Virus record (IMG/VR): IMGVR_UViG_3300040769_000012 | Location: 1 to 40,360 of that record | Strand: one strand, 5' to 3' | Origin: a virus | Taxonomy: Duplodnaviria > Caudoviricetes | DNA length: 40,360 nucleotides | Shown: piece by piece, positions 18,778 through 27,591 of the stretch | How positions within the stretch are numbered: position 1 is the stretch's first letter | Layout of the letters: every line of letters begins with the position of its first letter | Made by a program: the position numbers and the translations under genes | Notes under the pieces: generated by a model | Told to the model about the DNA's origin: nothing | Seen by the model: only the letters and a program-made list of their open reading frames with translations | The model's database searches: none

Positions 18778-18850
18778 GCTCCCTTAGCTCAGCGGCTAGA
18801 GCACTGCCTTTACACGGCATAGGTCACTGGTTCGAATCCAGTAGGGGGCA
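18778..18850 (+). tRNA. tRNA-Val(UAC)
   Basis: Cloverleaf; TGCC-TTTACAC-GGCA. Confidence 0.93.
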
Positions 18851-18867
18851 TTCACTAAGGAGATACA

Positions 18868-19325
18868 ATGTCTGACGAAGAACTTGACAAGCTGTGGAAT
18901 GAATTCTATTATGCCTATGTCGAGGAGGTACACACCTACCGCCTAGACTTTGAGACCAAGGAAGAGCTTAGAGAATTCATTGAAGGCAATGTACCGTGGC
19001 ATGAGATTGGTCCCGCCATTGACACACACGTTCAAAGCCTGTCCGTTATCAACCGTGACCACGAAGAACTCTGGGAAGACCATTGACTGTTACTGCACTG
19101 TGCGTTGGTGGACCTGCTCATGGCAGGGTAATTACAATGTCGGGAACTAAGTACGAGGTACCGTACTACCCTAAAGATGGCAGCATTTTTCAAACATTCA
19201 AACTTGCCACCTATTCTTTGGGTTGGAGAATGGTGGACAGCATTCCCTGCTGGGTATTGCTGACAGATGGTTGGGAAGACATTGACCCAGCTTGGATTGA
19301 GACAGAACTACTGAAGATAACTTAA
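18868..19325 (+). CDS. Two hypothetical ORFs (18868-19086 acidic, 19083-19325)
   Basis: AAGGAG RBS; overlapping ends. Confidence 0.65.
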
Positions 19326-19337
19326 GGATACCACTGC

Positions 19338-21803
19338 ATGTCAAAGTTTATGGCCCTGCCATCCGAGGTCCGAGCAAGGAAGTACGACCTGCAGAATCTG
19401 TGGGAAGAATCCTTGTATGAAGAAAGCATCAACAAGTATTGGAATGACTACGACTTCTGCCCTGAGCTTGGCGTCCCGGAGCAGCGGCTGCTTGACAAGT
19501 GTATCCGTGAACTGGCCAGCTACTATGAAGACTGGATCCAGCGTGTGGTCAACAACCCACGCACACCCGACTGGTGTATCCTGCTGGTTGCCATTGGTCC
19601 CGAGAAGATGGCCGACATCTCTGTTCGGTGTTTGATCCAGTCGTCCTTCGGTGCTAGGTACTTCAATGATGACAAGGACAAGCTTCCCCTTACCAGTGCC
19701 CAGCACCTGGCTAAGGAGATTGCCAACACCGCCATCAACCTGGTGAGATACCAAGAAGCCAAGTCCAACAACCGACAGGACTGGCTGAAGATGGACCACT
19801 ACACCAAGCATTGGAGTGATGCCCGGATCAAATCCTTTGCCGCCAAGTTCACCAAGATCCAGCGTGGTGACTTTAGCTACCACAAGAAGTGTGACTTTGG
19901 CCACCACATGATCCGCATTCTTGAGACAACGGATGTAATCCAGTTTGTCAAGAAGCGTATCGCTGTGAACGGTGGGTTCCGTGACTGCCTGTATGTCCGG
20001 TTCCACCCAGCTATTATTCAAGAGATCCACCAGATGCACGAGGAACTCTCCCTTGTGTACAAGCTGGTGTACCGCCCCATGATTGTCCCTCCGGTGCCGC
20101 ACACCATGACTGCCAGCGGTGGTGCCCTGAACCATTGGTACCGCAAGCCGGTAGTCACCCGCTTTGCCAGCATCCATGAGTGGGAGGACAATGACATTGA
20201 TCCCTATAGGAACTCCAGTGTGCCATCTGAGAATACCATCAAGCAGTTGAATGGTATGATGGCTACTGAGTGGGAGATTAACCAGCCGGTCTACGAGGTA
20301 ATGAAGAACCTCTTTGAATCTAACAGCATGGTTGGTAACCTCCCGCAGTTTGACATGGGTGGCTTTGCCTATCAGGAACCGTACCCCATTGATGGATCCA
20401 AGGCAGACCAAGCTATCTGGTGTGCTGCTCGGGAGGAGGCTTGGACCGACTGGTTCCGTCAAGAGCAGAAGCGTACCAAGATGTACCTGAGGATGTCCCT
20501 GTGTAAGGACATGATTAACCACGGTGTGTTCTTCCACAACTGGACCGTGGACTTCCGTGGCCGTGCTTACACCGTGACCGAACTCCTTAGCCCACAAAGC
20601 GGGGACTTTGACAGAGCCATCATTCGCTTTGCTAATGCCAAGCCCCAGACCGAAGCCGGTACGTACTGGCTTAAGGTCCACCTGGCCAACCTGTTTGACG
20701 TTGACAAGGTACCCTTTGACCAGCGTGTGGCCTGGGTTGATGACAACATGGACATGCTGCGGGCTGTGTACGAAGATCCCTACACGACCACCGATCTATG
20801 GTGTTCGGACAAACCAAAGAAGAATCCATCGTTTCAACGGCTGGCTGCGATCTTTGAGCTATTCCGTGAGGATGGTATGACCCAGCTACCCATCCAGCAA
20901 GATGGATCATGCAATGGATCCCAGCATTGGGCTGCCATTATGCGTGATCCCCAGCTTGCCAAGGTGGTCAACATTGTACAGACTGGACAACCCAACGATC
21001 TGTATGGTGTGGTGGCTGATGCTTGTACTAATTACCTAGAGAAGAACATTGATGACCACCCCCTGTATGGTGCATTCCTTGACCACTGGGACGGTGGCAT
21101 CCCCCGAGCAGTAACCAAGCGGCCCACCATGTGTGACTCGTATGGCCTGACGTTGTACGGTATCCGTAAGTATCTCCGGATCGAAGAGCATATCACCAAG
21201 GACTGGGTCGAGGCTGACCAGGTGGCTGGTGCCCTGACAGAAATGAGCAGGGTAATTGACCACGGCCTAAAGGATGCCTTGGTTGAACCCAACAAGGGTA
21301 AGGACTATCTTAAGGAGATCTCCCGCATTAGCGGGGAGTGTGCTGACCACCTGAACTGGACAACGCCCAGCGGATTCCGGGTACGCCATGTGTACTACCA
21401 GTCAATCCCTAGGCGATCCCAGGCCAAGCTGTTCAACAACAAGAAGCTGACCTTCAGTGAACTGACTGATGCCATGGATGCACGGGCTGCTGAGATGGCC
21501 GTGGCTCCCAACTTCATTCACTCACTGGATGCTGCCCACCTGTGTCTGGTTGTGTGTGACATGCTGGATGCCGGTATCAAGGACTTCAGTATGATCCACG
21601 ACTCCTTTGGGTGTCATGCTTGTGATGTTCCTTTGATGAGAGAGATCATTGTGTCCCGGTTTGTCCATGTACACCGAGACAATTTACTAGACAAGTTCCG
21701 ACAAGAGACGGAAGAGATTCTCGGATTCGAACTACCACCCTCGCCGGAACGTGGAGACTTAGACATTGAACAAGTACGTAGAGCAGATTATCTCGTCGGG
21801 TGA
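19338..21803 (+). CDS. T7-like single-subunit DNA-dependent RNA polymerase
   Basis: PMIVPP, DFRGRAY, motif A DGSCNGSQH, motif B RxxxKRPTMxxxYG, APNFIHSLDA, motif C IHDSF. Confidence 0.97.
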   Translation: MSKFMALPSEVRARKYDLQNLWEESLYEESINKYWNDYDFCPELGVPEQRLLDKCIRELASYYEDWIQRVVNNPRTPDWCILLVAIGPEKMADISVRCLIQSSFGARYFNDDKDKLPLTSAQHLAKEIANTAINLVRYQEAKSNNRQDWLKMDHYTKHWSDARIKSFAAKFTKIQRGDFSYHKKCDFGHHMIRILETTDVIQFVKKRIAVNGGFRDCLYVRFHPAIIQEIHQMHEELSLVYKLVYRPMIVPPVPHTMTASGGALNHWYRKPVVTRFASIHEWEDNDIDPYRNSSVPSENTIKQLNGMMATEWEINQPVYEVMKNLFESNSMVGNLPQFDMGGFAYQEPYPIDGSKADQAIWCAAREEAWTDWFRQEQKRTKMYLRMSLCKDMINHGVFFHNWTVDFRGRAYTVTELLSPQSGDFDRAIIRFANAKPQTEAGTYWLKVHLANLFDVDKVPFDQRVAWVDDNMDMLRAVYEDPYTTTDLWCSDKPKKNPSFQRLAAIFELFREDGMTQLPIQQDGSCNGSQHWAAIMRDPQLAKVVNIVQTGQPNDLYGVVADACTNYLEKNIDDHPLYGAFLDHWDGGIPRAVTKRPTMCDSYGLTLYGIRKYLRIEEHITKDWVEADQVAGALTEMSRVIDHGLKDALVEPNKGKDYLKEISRISGECADHLNWTTPSGFRVRHVYYQSIPRRSQAKLFNNKKLTFSELTDAMDARAAEMAVAPNFIHSLDAAHLCLVVCDMLDAGIKDFSMIHDSFGCHACDVPLMREIIVSRFVHVHRDNLLDKFRQETEEILGFELPPSPERGDLDIEQVRRADYLVG

Positions 21804-22506
21804 AATGGCTTTGATCTACTGGACTGACTATACCATGTGTCCCAACGGCGGGAACTGGATGGACGAGGAAGAGGTAGACCAGATCATTGCTGAGGGATGC
21901 TCGGTTGGTATGACCGCCGGGTTTATCCTGTACCGTGACGACGAGAATCTGTACCTGACCGACTCCATTGTGACCGGCTCCGCTGGTGATAGTAACGTCG
22001 GTGCTGTCCATATCTTTCCGATTGGGCAGATCATTACAGTTCGTAGATTTACAAGGGGATTCCAAGATGAACCATTTCATCGTGAACAGCGAGAAGGCGA
22101 TGGAGACGGCACTGGGTGAGGTCGAGACTTCGATCAAGCTGGATGACAAGCATCCCCACACCTATGCCGTGTCGTTCCCAACCAAGTTCTGGTCAATGAT
22201 GTGGCACCAGGAGTTCATTCGCATGGTATCAAAGATTGATCCCAAGCCGGAGAACGACCCCAACATCTCATTCTATTATACCATTGAAGAGGAGGGAATG
22301 GAAACATGAGTGTATTCAAGCCCAACCCCAACCTTGACTTCAGCTATGTTTATCGTGCCAAGGATGACCCGCTGCTGAACAAGTACCAGCGTGACCATAT
22401 CGACGGTCTAATGTCGGTGTACAAGCCCATCCTGTTTGACAACGGAGACAAGCTCCCGCCCCTGTCTTACCAGTGGTCACAGGATTGGAAGCGGAGATCT
22501 AAGTAA
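21804..22506 (+). CDS. Three hypothetical ORFs (~21804-22119, ~22067-22309, 22306-22506)
   Basis: Packed + strand ORFs; starts uncertain. Confidence 0.6.
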
Positions 22507-23171
22507 TGGCAAAGGTCCTTGTCCTGCCAGATCCGCACCTGCCTTGTATGAATCCCAAGCTGCTTAAGCACGCTAAGAATGTACAACGCAAGTACGGAAC
22601 CAAGACCACGGTGTGCATTGGTGACCTTGTTCATCACAACGCAATCTCTTTCTATGACCGGGCACCCAATGATCCCAATGCAGTACAGGAAATGGCTGAG
22701 GTAAAGAAGCAGGTCAAGGCTTTGGTCAAGGCATTCCCGGAAATGCTGATCTGCTATGGTAACCACGACCGGCGTATCCAACGCAAGGCCAGTGCTGCCG
22801 GGATTCCCGATGCGTACCTCAAGTCACTGAACGAAGTGTATGACCTGCCCAGTACTTGGGAATGGGATACCACGTTCGAGATTGACGGTGTGATGTATGC
22901 ACACGGTGACCGCATGGGTGGGGGTGTGAACCCCGCCTTTGGTCAATGCAAGAAGAACCTAACCAGTGTGGTGTGTGGTCACTTCCACACCGTCATGGGT
23001 ATTAACTACGCACGGTGTGATGGTAAGTATCTGTTTGGTATGCAGGTTGGCTGTGGCATTGACCCCGACCATGAGCTACACCAGTACCACCCCAGGTATT
23101 CCAAGATGGAGTGTGTGTCCGTTGGCGTGGTGATTGACGGCGTGCCACACATCGAGCCGCTGGACTACTAA
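22506..23171 (+). CDS. Calcineurin-like metallophosphoesterase 1
   Basis: DxH, GD, GNHD, HG, GHxH motifs in order. Confidence 0.9.
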   Translation: MAKVLVLPDPHLPCMNPKLLKHAKNVQRKYGTKTTVCIGDLVHHNAISFYDRAPNDPNAVQEMAEVKKQVKALVKAFPEMLICYGNHDRRIQRKASAAGIPDAYLKSLNEVYDLPSTWEWDTTFEIDGVMYAHGDRMGGGVNPAFGQCKKNLTSVVCGHFHTVMGINYARCDGKYLFGMQVGCGIDPDHELHQYHPRYSKMECVSVGVVIDGVPHIEPLDY

Positions 23172-23188
23172 AGCACCCCCTGATACCG
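23170..23188 (+). promoter_or_regulatory. Putative phage RNAP promoter (copy 3)
   Basis: AAAGCACCCCCTGATACCG, upstream of a small ORF (~23203-23388) and SSB. Confidence 0.65.
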
Positions 23189-23356
23189 AAGGGATCATTA
23201 CTATGGCACAAGAAATTAAAGGCAGCATCCAAGCTGTTGAAGTATTTCGTATGTTGCTTGGACTGCAGCATGAAGTACAGACTACGATTCAGAAGCTACA
23301 GGAATACGAAGGTCGTATTGCCATGCTAGCAAACAGTCTTTTACAGGAGAGTACTA

Positions 23357-23866
23357 ATGTCGAAGAGACTACAGAAGTTCGTGACTGAGAACCTTGACGT
23401 TGTGTTCAGCACACTGCACAAGCCGGACACCGAGTACGGTGACGACAAGGCCAATCACAACCTGACGGTGCGGGTTACCCCTGCACTCCAGGCCAAGATT
23501 GACGAGGCCAAGGCCGAGTCTGGAGTTGACAAGGTCAACGGTATGGGTACGGATTCCAAGACCGGGGATGATATTCTCCGTGTCAAGACCATGACCTACT
23601 GCCACGACAAGGAGAAGAACCTGATTCCCAATGCGTCCTTCCCCTGTGTCGGTGCGGATGCCCGTCCGACCGAGATGACCGCTGCTGGTGGTGACGTTGT
23701 CCGTCTCCGTCTCAGCCCGGTGGTCAACCAGAAGCCCAAGGTGGCCCTGAGTTTCTACCTCGATGGTGTTCAGATCATCGAGAAGAACTCGGAGTTCGGC
23801 ACCGGGCAGGTTGCTGCTGCGTTCGAGCCGGTCACCACGCCGGATGATGATGACATCCCCTTCTGA
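23357..23866 (+). CDS. Single-stranded DNA-binding protein (T7 gp2.5-like)
   Basis: LHKPDTEYG, GGDVVRL, LSFYLDGVQIIE and acidic C-terminus DDDDIPF. Confidence 0.85.
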   Translation: MSKRLQKFVTENLDVVFSTLHKPDTEYGDDKANHNLTVRVTPALQAKIDEAKAESGVDKVNGMGTDSKTGDDILRVKTMTYCHDKEKNLIPNASFPCVGADARPTEMTAAGGDVVRLRLSPVVNQKPKVALSFYLDGVQIIEKNSEFGTGQVAAAFEPVTTPDDDDIPF

Positions 23867-24272
23867 TCCTGTCACTCTAAGATTCGACATTGATCCTGTG
23901 GCCGCTTCCCGACCTCGCCATGCAACGCGAGGCTCCGGGAAGAAGGCCGTGGTTACCTCCTACTATGTGGGCCGGTATGCAGATTTTCGCAAGGAGTTCC
24001 CCTTTGTACGCAAGGCCGTACTTGGGAATGACTTCTCTGTATTCCAAGGCCCGCTGTGGGTAGAGGTAGACTTCGTTGTCCAAAGACCAAAGACAACCAA
24101 GCTGGATTATCCCAAGCCTGATGTAGATAATTACTTGAAGGCTGTGCTTGATGTGTGCAATGAGCATGTCTGGGATGATGACCAGCAAATTGTCTGGCTG
24201 TCCGGAAGCAAGCGATGGACAGAGGACGGCGAGGATCCCCATATCCTGATGGTTATTACACCAGCGGAATGA
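23850..24272 (+). CDS. rusA: RusA-family Holliday junction resolvase
   Basis: KPDVDNYLKAVLD...WDDDQQIV catalytic motifs; start approximate. Confidence 0.9.
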   Translation: MTSPSDPVTLRFDIDPVAASRPRHATRGSGKKAVVTSYYVGRYADFRKEFPFVRKAVLGNDFSVFQGPLWVEVDFVVQRPKTTKLDYPKPDVDNYLKAVLDVCNEHVWDDDQQIVWLSGSKRWTEDGEDPHILMVITPAE

Positions 24273-24279
24273 TGGGGCT

Positions 24280-24352
24280 GGCTCGGTAGCTCAGTGGTTA
24301 GAGCGTCCGCCTGTTAAGCGGATTCGCGTGAGTTCGAATCTCACCCGAGCCT
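24280..24352 (+). tRNA. tRNA-Asn(GUU)
   Basis: GGCTCGG/CCGAGCC acceptor; TCCGC-CTGTTAA-GCGGA; T arm. Confidence 0.9.
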
Positions 24353-24355
24353 TGA

Positions 24356-24429
24356 TTCCTTGTATGCCACCACGGAGGTGGTCGCGGTTAGCGCAGCCGT
24401 GCAAGCAGGTTCGAACCCTGCCAAGGAGT
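24356..24429 (+). ncRNA. tRNA-like RNA 1 (non-canonical D and anticodon arms)
   Basis: Acceptor TTCCTTG/CAAGGAG; T arm GCAGG-TTCGAAC-CCTGC; hairpins GCCACC-ACGGA-GGTGGT and CGCGGTT-AGCGC-AGCCGTG. Confidence 0.7.
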
Positions 24430-24431
24430 TT

Positions 24432-24495
24432 ACACCTGTTGCCCCTTTGGAGGGGTCCTAGACGTAGGCTTCTGGTTCGAGTCCAGTCAGGTGTG
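24432..24495 (+). ncRNA. tRNA-like RNA 2 (64 nt, 4-nt loop instead of anticodon loop)
   Basis: Acceptor ACACCTG/CAGGTGT; T arm CTGG-TTCGAGT-CCAG; hairpins GCCCCT-TTGG-AGGGGT and CCTA-GACG-TAGG. Confidence 0.7.
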
Positions 24496-24513
24496 TTATT
24501 CAAAGGAGATTAC

Positions 24514-25056
24514 ATGGCACAAAGTATCCAAGACTGGATCCTGTCCCGTCTAAAGAAAGTAGAGAAAGAACTCAAGTCATCTACAGGTGGCACAGTCGGA
24601 CCTGCCGGACCTGCCGGACCTGCCGGACCTGCCGGACCACAAGGACCAGTCGGACCCGCTGGTGCTGCAGGAAACACAGAATACATGGTGTGTATCTGGG
24701 CCGAGGAGAACGCCACGCTTCGTAACACCACCTTTGAGTGGGCCTTTGGTAATGGTGCTAATATGCCATCTAACCAGGGAGTTATTGCTTATGTTCCAAC
24801 TGGGTACACCTGTGCTGTGGTAGCTATGGGCTTGTCCCTTGCTTCTGGTACTGCAACCGTTGAGGTAAACCTAAATGGTGTAAACCAGGGATCAAAGGCC
24901 AGCGTTACGGTGTCTACTGGGGCTTCCAATATGAATGAGTTAGCCTCCCCGCTTACTGTAGTCAGCGGAGATCGACTTAACTTTAGAACCCTCAGTGCCT
25001 CTGGAACAGGGACACCCAACGTCGCCTGTATGTGGCTTAAGTTTACAAGCGTATAA
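24514..25056 (+). CDS. Collagen-repeat protein with beta-rich C-terminal domain (putative fibre/decoration protein)
   Basis: AAAGGAG RBS; run of about 9 G-X-Y triplets; Thr/Ser/Gly-rich C-terminus. Confidence 0.75.
   Translation: MAQSIQDWILSRLKKVEKELKSSTGGTVGPAGPAGPAGPAGPQGPVGPAGAAGNTEYMVCIWAEENATLRNTTFEWAFGNGANMPSNQGVIAYVPTGYTCAVVAMGLSLASGTATVEVNLNGVNQGSKASVTVSTGASNMNELASPLTVVSGDRLNFRTLSASGTGTPNVACMWLKFTSV
24598..24633 (+). repeat. Perfect 9-bp tandem repeat (GGACCTGCC)x4
   Basis: Read directly; encodes GPA repeats. Confidence 0.95.
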
Positions 25057-25076
25057 TATGGTAAAGGAATCCAACA

Positions 25077-25759
25077 ATGGATAAAGATCTTGTTGATTTC
25101 AATCTTATGAAGGCACACCAAAACAACATCAAAGAATCCTTACGTGGTGTAACCTGCACCATGGACCGGTGGCAGCGGGTTGAAAGAGCCATCGAGTCTT
25201 TGTTCGATGATTACGAGAACCAGTTTTACCGCAGGCAGTACGCTGAGCGGAAGCTAAAGGAAGCCACCAATGATTGAGCCGATTCGAATTGAAGTAGTGG
25301 ACCGTGACGAGCTTAGAGATGATCACCTCAAATTTCCCGATGACCACCCACTGGTTCTGCAGGAGGGTAGACCCTCAAGCTGGTGCGAATGGGGAGCCGA
25401 TGTTTACCGAGTGACCACCAACGATGACGGCACAGAGACCTGGTCATACGTGTGCGGTGATGGGGAGCCCGAGGATAACAACATCCATAGAAACTTCTAC
25501 CCGCTTATTGATATCATTGACGAGCTGAACCAAAGAATCCTAAAGGAAAACAATGCTAATGCGTAAGATCCGTCCCGAGTGGGAAGACTTCATGTATCTT
25601 CTAGAGGACTTTGACAACCCCTACAGTGACACAGGTACCCTGCTGGCTGAGATGAATGCCAAGCAAGAGTACCTGTTTGCTCTGGAAGAGTACACGAACT
25701 ACCTTGAACAGACACTGGAGCGATATGAGCAGGCCATCTTCGATTCAGGTATTGGATGA
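25077..25759 (+). CDS. Three small hypothetical ORFs (25077-25277, 25270-25566, 25553-25759)
   Basis: AAGGA RBS motifs, overlapping ends. Confidence 0.7.
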
Positions 25760-27341
25760 CTATGGATATCTTCGTTACGTTGATCACCTTGGCAGCGACA
25801 ATCGAGTGTGCGAGGTTGCTCGGCTTAGCTTTGACAAGTGGGATGAATCATGCGAGGAATATCTCAAGTCGAATAAACCCGCGAAGCTGATCAAGTACCT
25901 TGCCAGCCACAACCACTGGTGCTACGACGACCAAACAGAAATCTTTACAGAAGATGGTTGGGTTGCATTTTCTGATTTAAGGAGTACACAAAAAGTAGCT
26001 CAGGTTAACCCAAAAACCTTTGAGCAGGAGTTTGTAGTCCCTGAAAAACTGCATTGTTGTCCCTACAGTGGCCCTATGTATTTAGCAGAGTCCAATACTG
26101 TTAATTACTGCGTCACCCCCGGCCATAAAATGCTGTACCAAACCCGTACATCAACAGGCTATTCTGAGTTTAAGGAGACTACCTCAGATCAAGCAGTAAA
26201 GTATAAGCATAAACGATTTCGAAACACAGCCTCGATGAGAACCCGGGGCGGTAAAGGCACCTTTAGTGAGGGGTGGATTCTGGGGTTTGTGCTGGGCGAC
26301 GGGTTTGTCGTACAAAAGAACGTAGTGTGTGTACGTCTTAAGAGGGACAGAAAAATCCAGGCCCTTAGTCACTACTTAGCTGAAGCCTACAAAGAGTACT
26401 CTTTGGTAGTAACTAAAGACGACGTCACACAGATTACCTTTGAGTTAGACACCAACTTAGTAGGAACTGTAGGAACTAAGAAAACCCCCCCACTATCTGG
26501 GCTGTCCTCTGATTACATTCAAGGAATGTTTGAAGGTTTAATGGAAGCTAACGGCTCCGTAAAGCACAGCCGTGGTTGGGCGTTTTCTTCTTCTTCCAGA
26601 GAACTCTTTGAAGGGGCCGGAACTTTAGCTACAGCCTGTGGTTATTGGATGACTGAAGGGACTCCTCGTCACACAGAAAACCCTAACCACCAGACAAACT
26701 ACCGGGGCGTTATTAGGTCTCGGGAGTACGGAAATGTTACCGACTCTCATGAGTCGGTCATTGACTACACAGGTAATGTTTATTGTGTCACTGTTCCTAC
26801 AGGGTACGTTTTAGTGCGGCGGCATGGTAAACAGGTCGTGTGTGGTAATACTCCCTTTGGCCACCCGCAGATTACTGTAGAGATCTGCATGCCCATCTTT
26901 GTGGCCCGCCAGTGGATGAAGTCCAACGTTGGTATCGTGTACAACGAAGTATCCCGCCGGTATGTAGACTCAGAGCCTGAGTTCTACTACCCGCTGGTGT
27001 GGCGTGGCAGGCCCGATGGCTCCATCAAGCAAGGATCCGGGGCTGCTGTGGACAACAGTAGGGACTGCGAAAGAGACTACTTCTTTGCTGTCCAAAAGTG
27101 TGTGGAGACATACAACCTGATGCTTAAGGAAGGTGTGGCCCCTGAGATGGCCCGCATGATCCTGCCGCAGTCTATGTATACCCGTGTCGCCATGACCGCC
27201 AGCCTTGCTGCCTGTGCCCGCATCGTCGGCCTAAGGAACAAGCCGGATGCCCAGTGGGAAATCCAGCAATACGGCAAGGCCTTGTATGATATCGTGCAAC
27301 CCTTGTTCCCCTTAAGTATGGAGGCCCTGTCCGGTGAGTAA
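25725..27341 (+). CDS. thyX: Flavin-dependent thymidylate synthase with intein
   Basis: ARLSF, LIKYL..H.HW|TPF.H, PIFVARQW, YNEVSRRY, GVAPEMARMILPQ, AQWEI. Confidence 0.92.
   Translation: MSRPSSIQVLDDYGYLRYVDHLGSDNRVCEVARLSFDKWDESCEEYLKSNKPAKLIKYLASHNHWCYDDQTEIFTEDGWVAFSDLRSTQKVAQVNPKTFEQEFVVPEKLHCCPYSGPMYLAESNTVNYCVTPGHKMLYQTRTSTGYSEFKETTSDQAVKYKHKRFRNTASMRTRGGKGTFSEGWILGFVLGDGFVVQKNVVCVRLKRDRKIQALSHYLAEAYKEYSLVVTKDDVTQITFELDTNLVGTVGTKKTPPLSGLSSDYIQGMFEGLMEANGSVKHSRGWAFSSSSRELFEGAGTLATACGYWMTEGTPRHTENPNHQTNYRGVIRSREYGNVTDSHESVIDYTGNVYCVTVPTGYVLVRRHGKQVVCGNTPFGHPQITVEICMPIFVARQWMKSNVGIVYNEVSRRYVDSEPEFYYPLVWRGRPDGSIKQGSGAAVDNSRDCERDYFFAVQKCVETYNLMLKEGVAPEMARMILPQSMYTRVAMTASLAACARIVGLRNKPDAQWEIQQYGKALYDIVQPLFPLSMEALSGE
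25920..26849 (+). mobile_element. Intein (310 aa) with LAGLIDADG homing endonuclease
   Basis: Starts CYDDQTEIFT; block B VTPGH; LAGLIDADG-like WILGFVLGDG and FEGLMEANGS; ends VYCVTVP...VVCGN followed by T; visibly more AT-rich than its flanks. Confidence 0.93.
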
Positions 27342-27591
27342 GGTAAACTTTAGTTGGTCCTTGATGGACAAGCTTTCGAAATCCAAGGTATACTTGGTAT
27401 CCCCGTTTGGGTGTGGCCACTTTGATACCCGGGCTGCTGCTATGGATTGGCTGGTTGATAGGTTTAACAGCCAAAACACTACCGCCAGCCTCTATGGTTA
27501 CATCGGTATCGAGCAAGTGTTAAAGCAGTCCCGCATGGTAGACGGAGAAACCGGGGCCATGTATCAACCCCAGGCAACAGGAGGTGAGTGA
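27334..27591 (+). CDS. Hypothetical protein
   Basis: Overlaps both neighbouring genes in coupled fashion. Confidence 0.6.
   Translation: MSKVNFSWSLMDKLSKSKVYLVSPFGCGHFDTRAAAMDWLVDRFNSQNTTASLYGYIGIEQVLKQSRMVDGETGAMYQPQATGGE

Noticed and set aside
11137-18850. tRNAs as prophage attachment sites or host chromosome
   Set aside because: They are embedded among phage-like genes; no integrase or host genes appear in the window.
24328-24513. N-terminal extension of the collagen ORF given in the ORF track
   Set aside because: It overlaps tRNA-Asn and the tRNA-like units; the strong RBS/ATG is at 24514.
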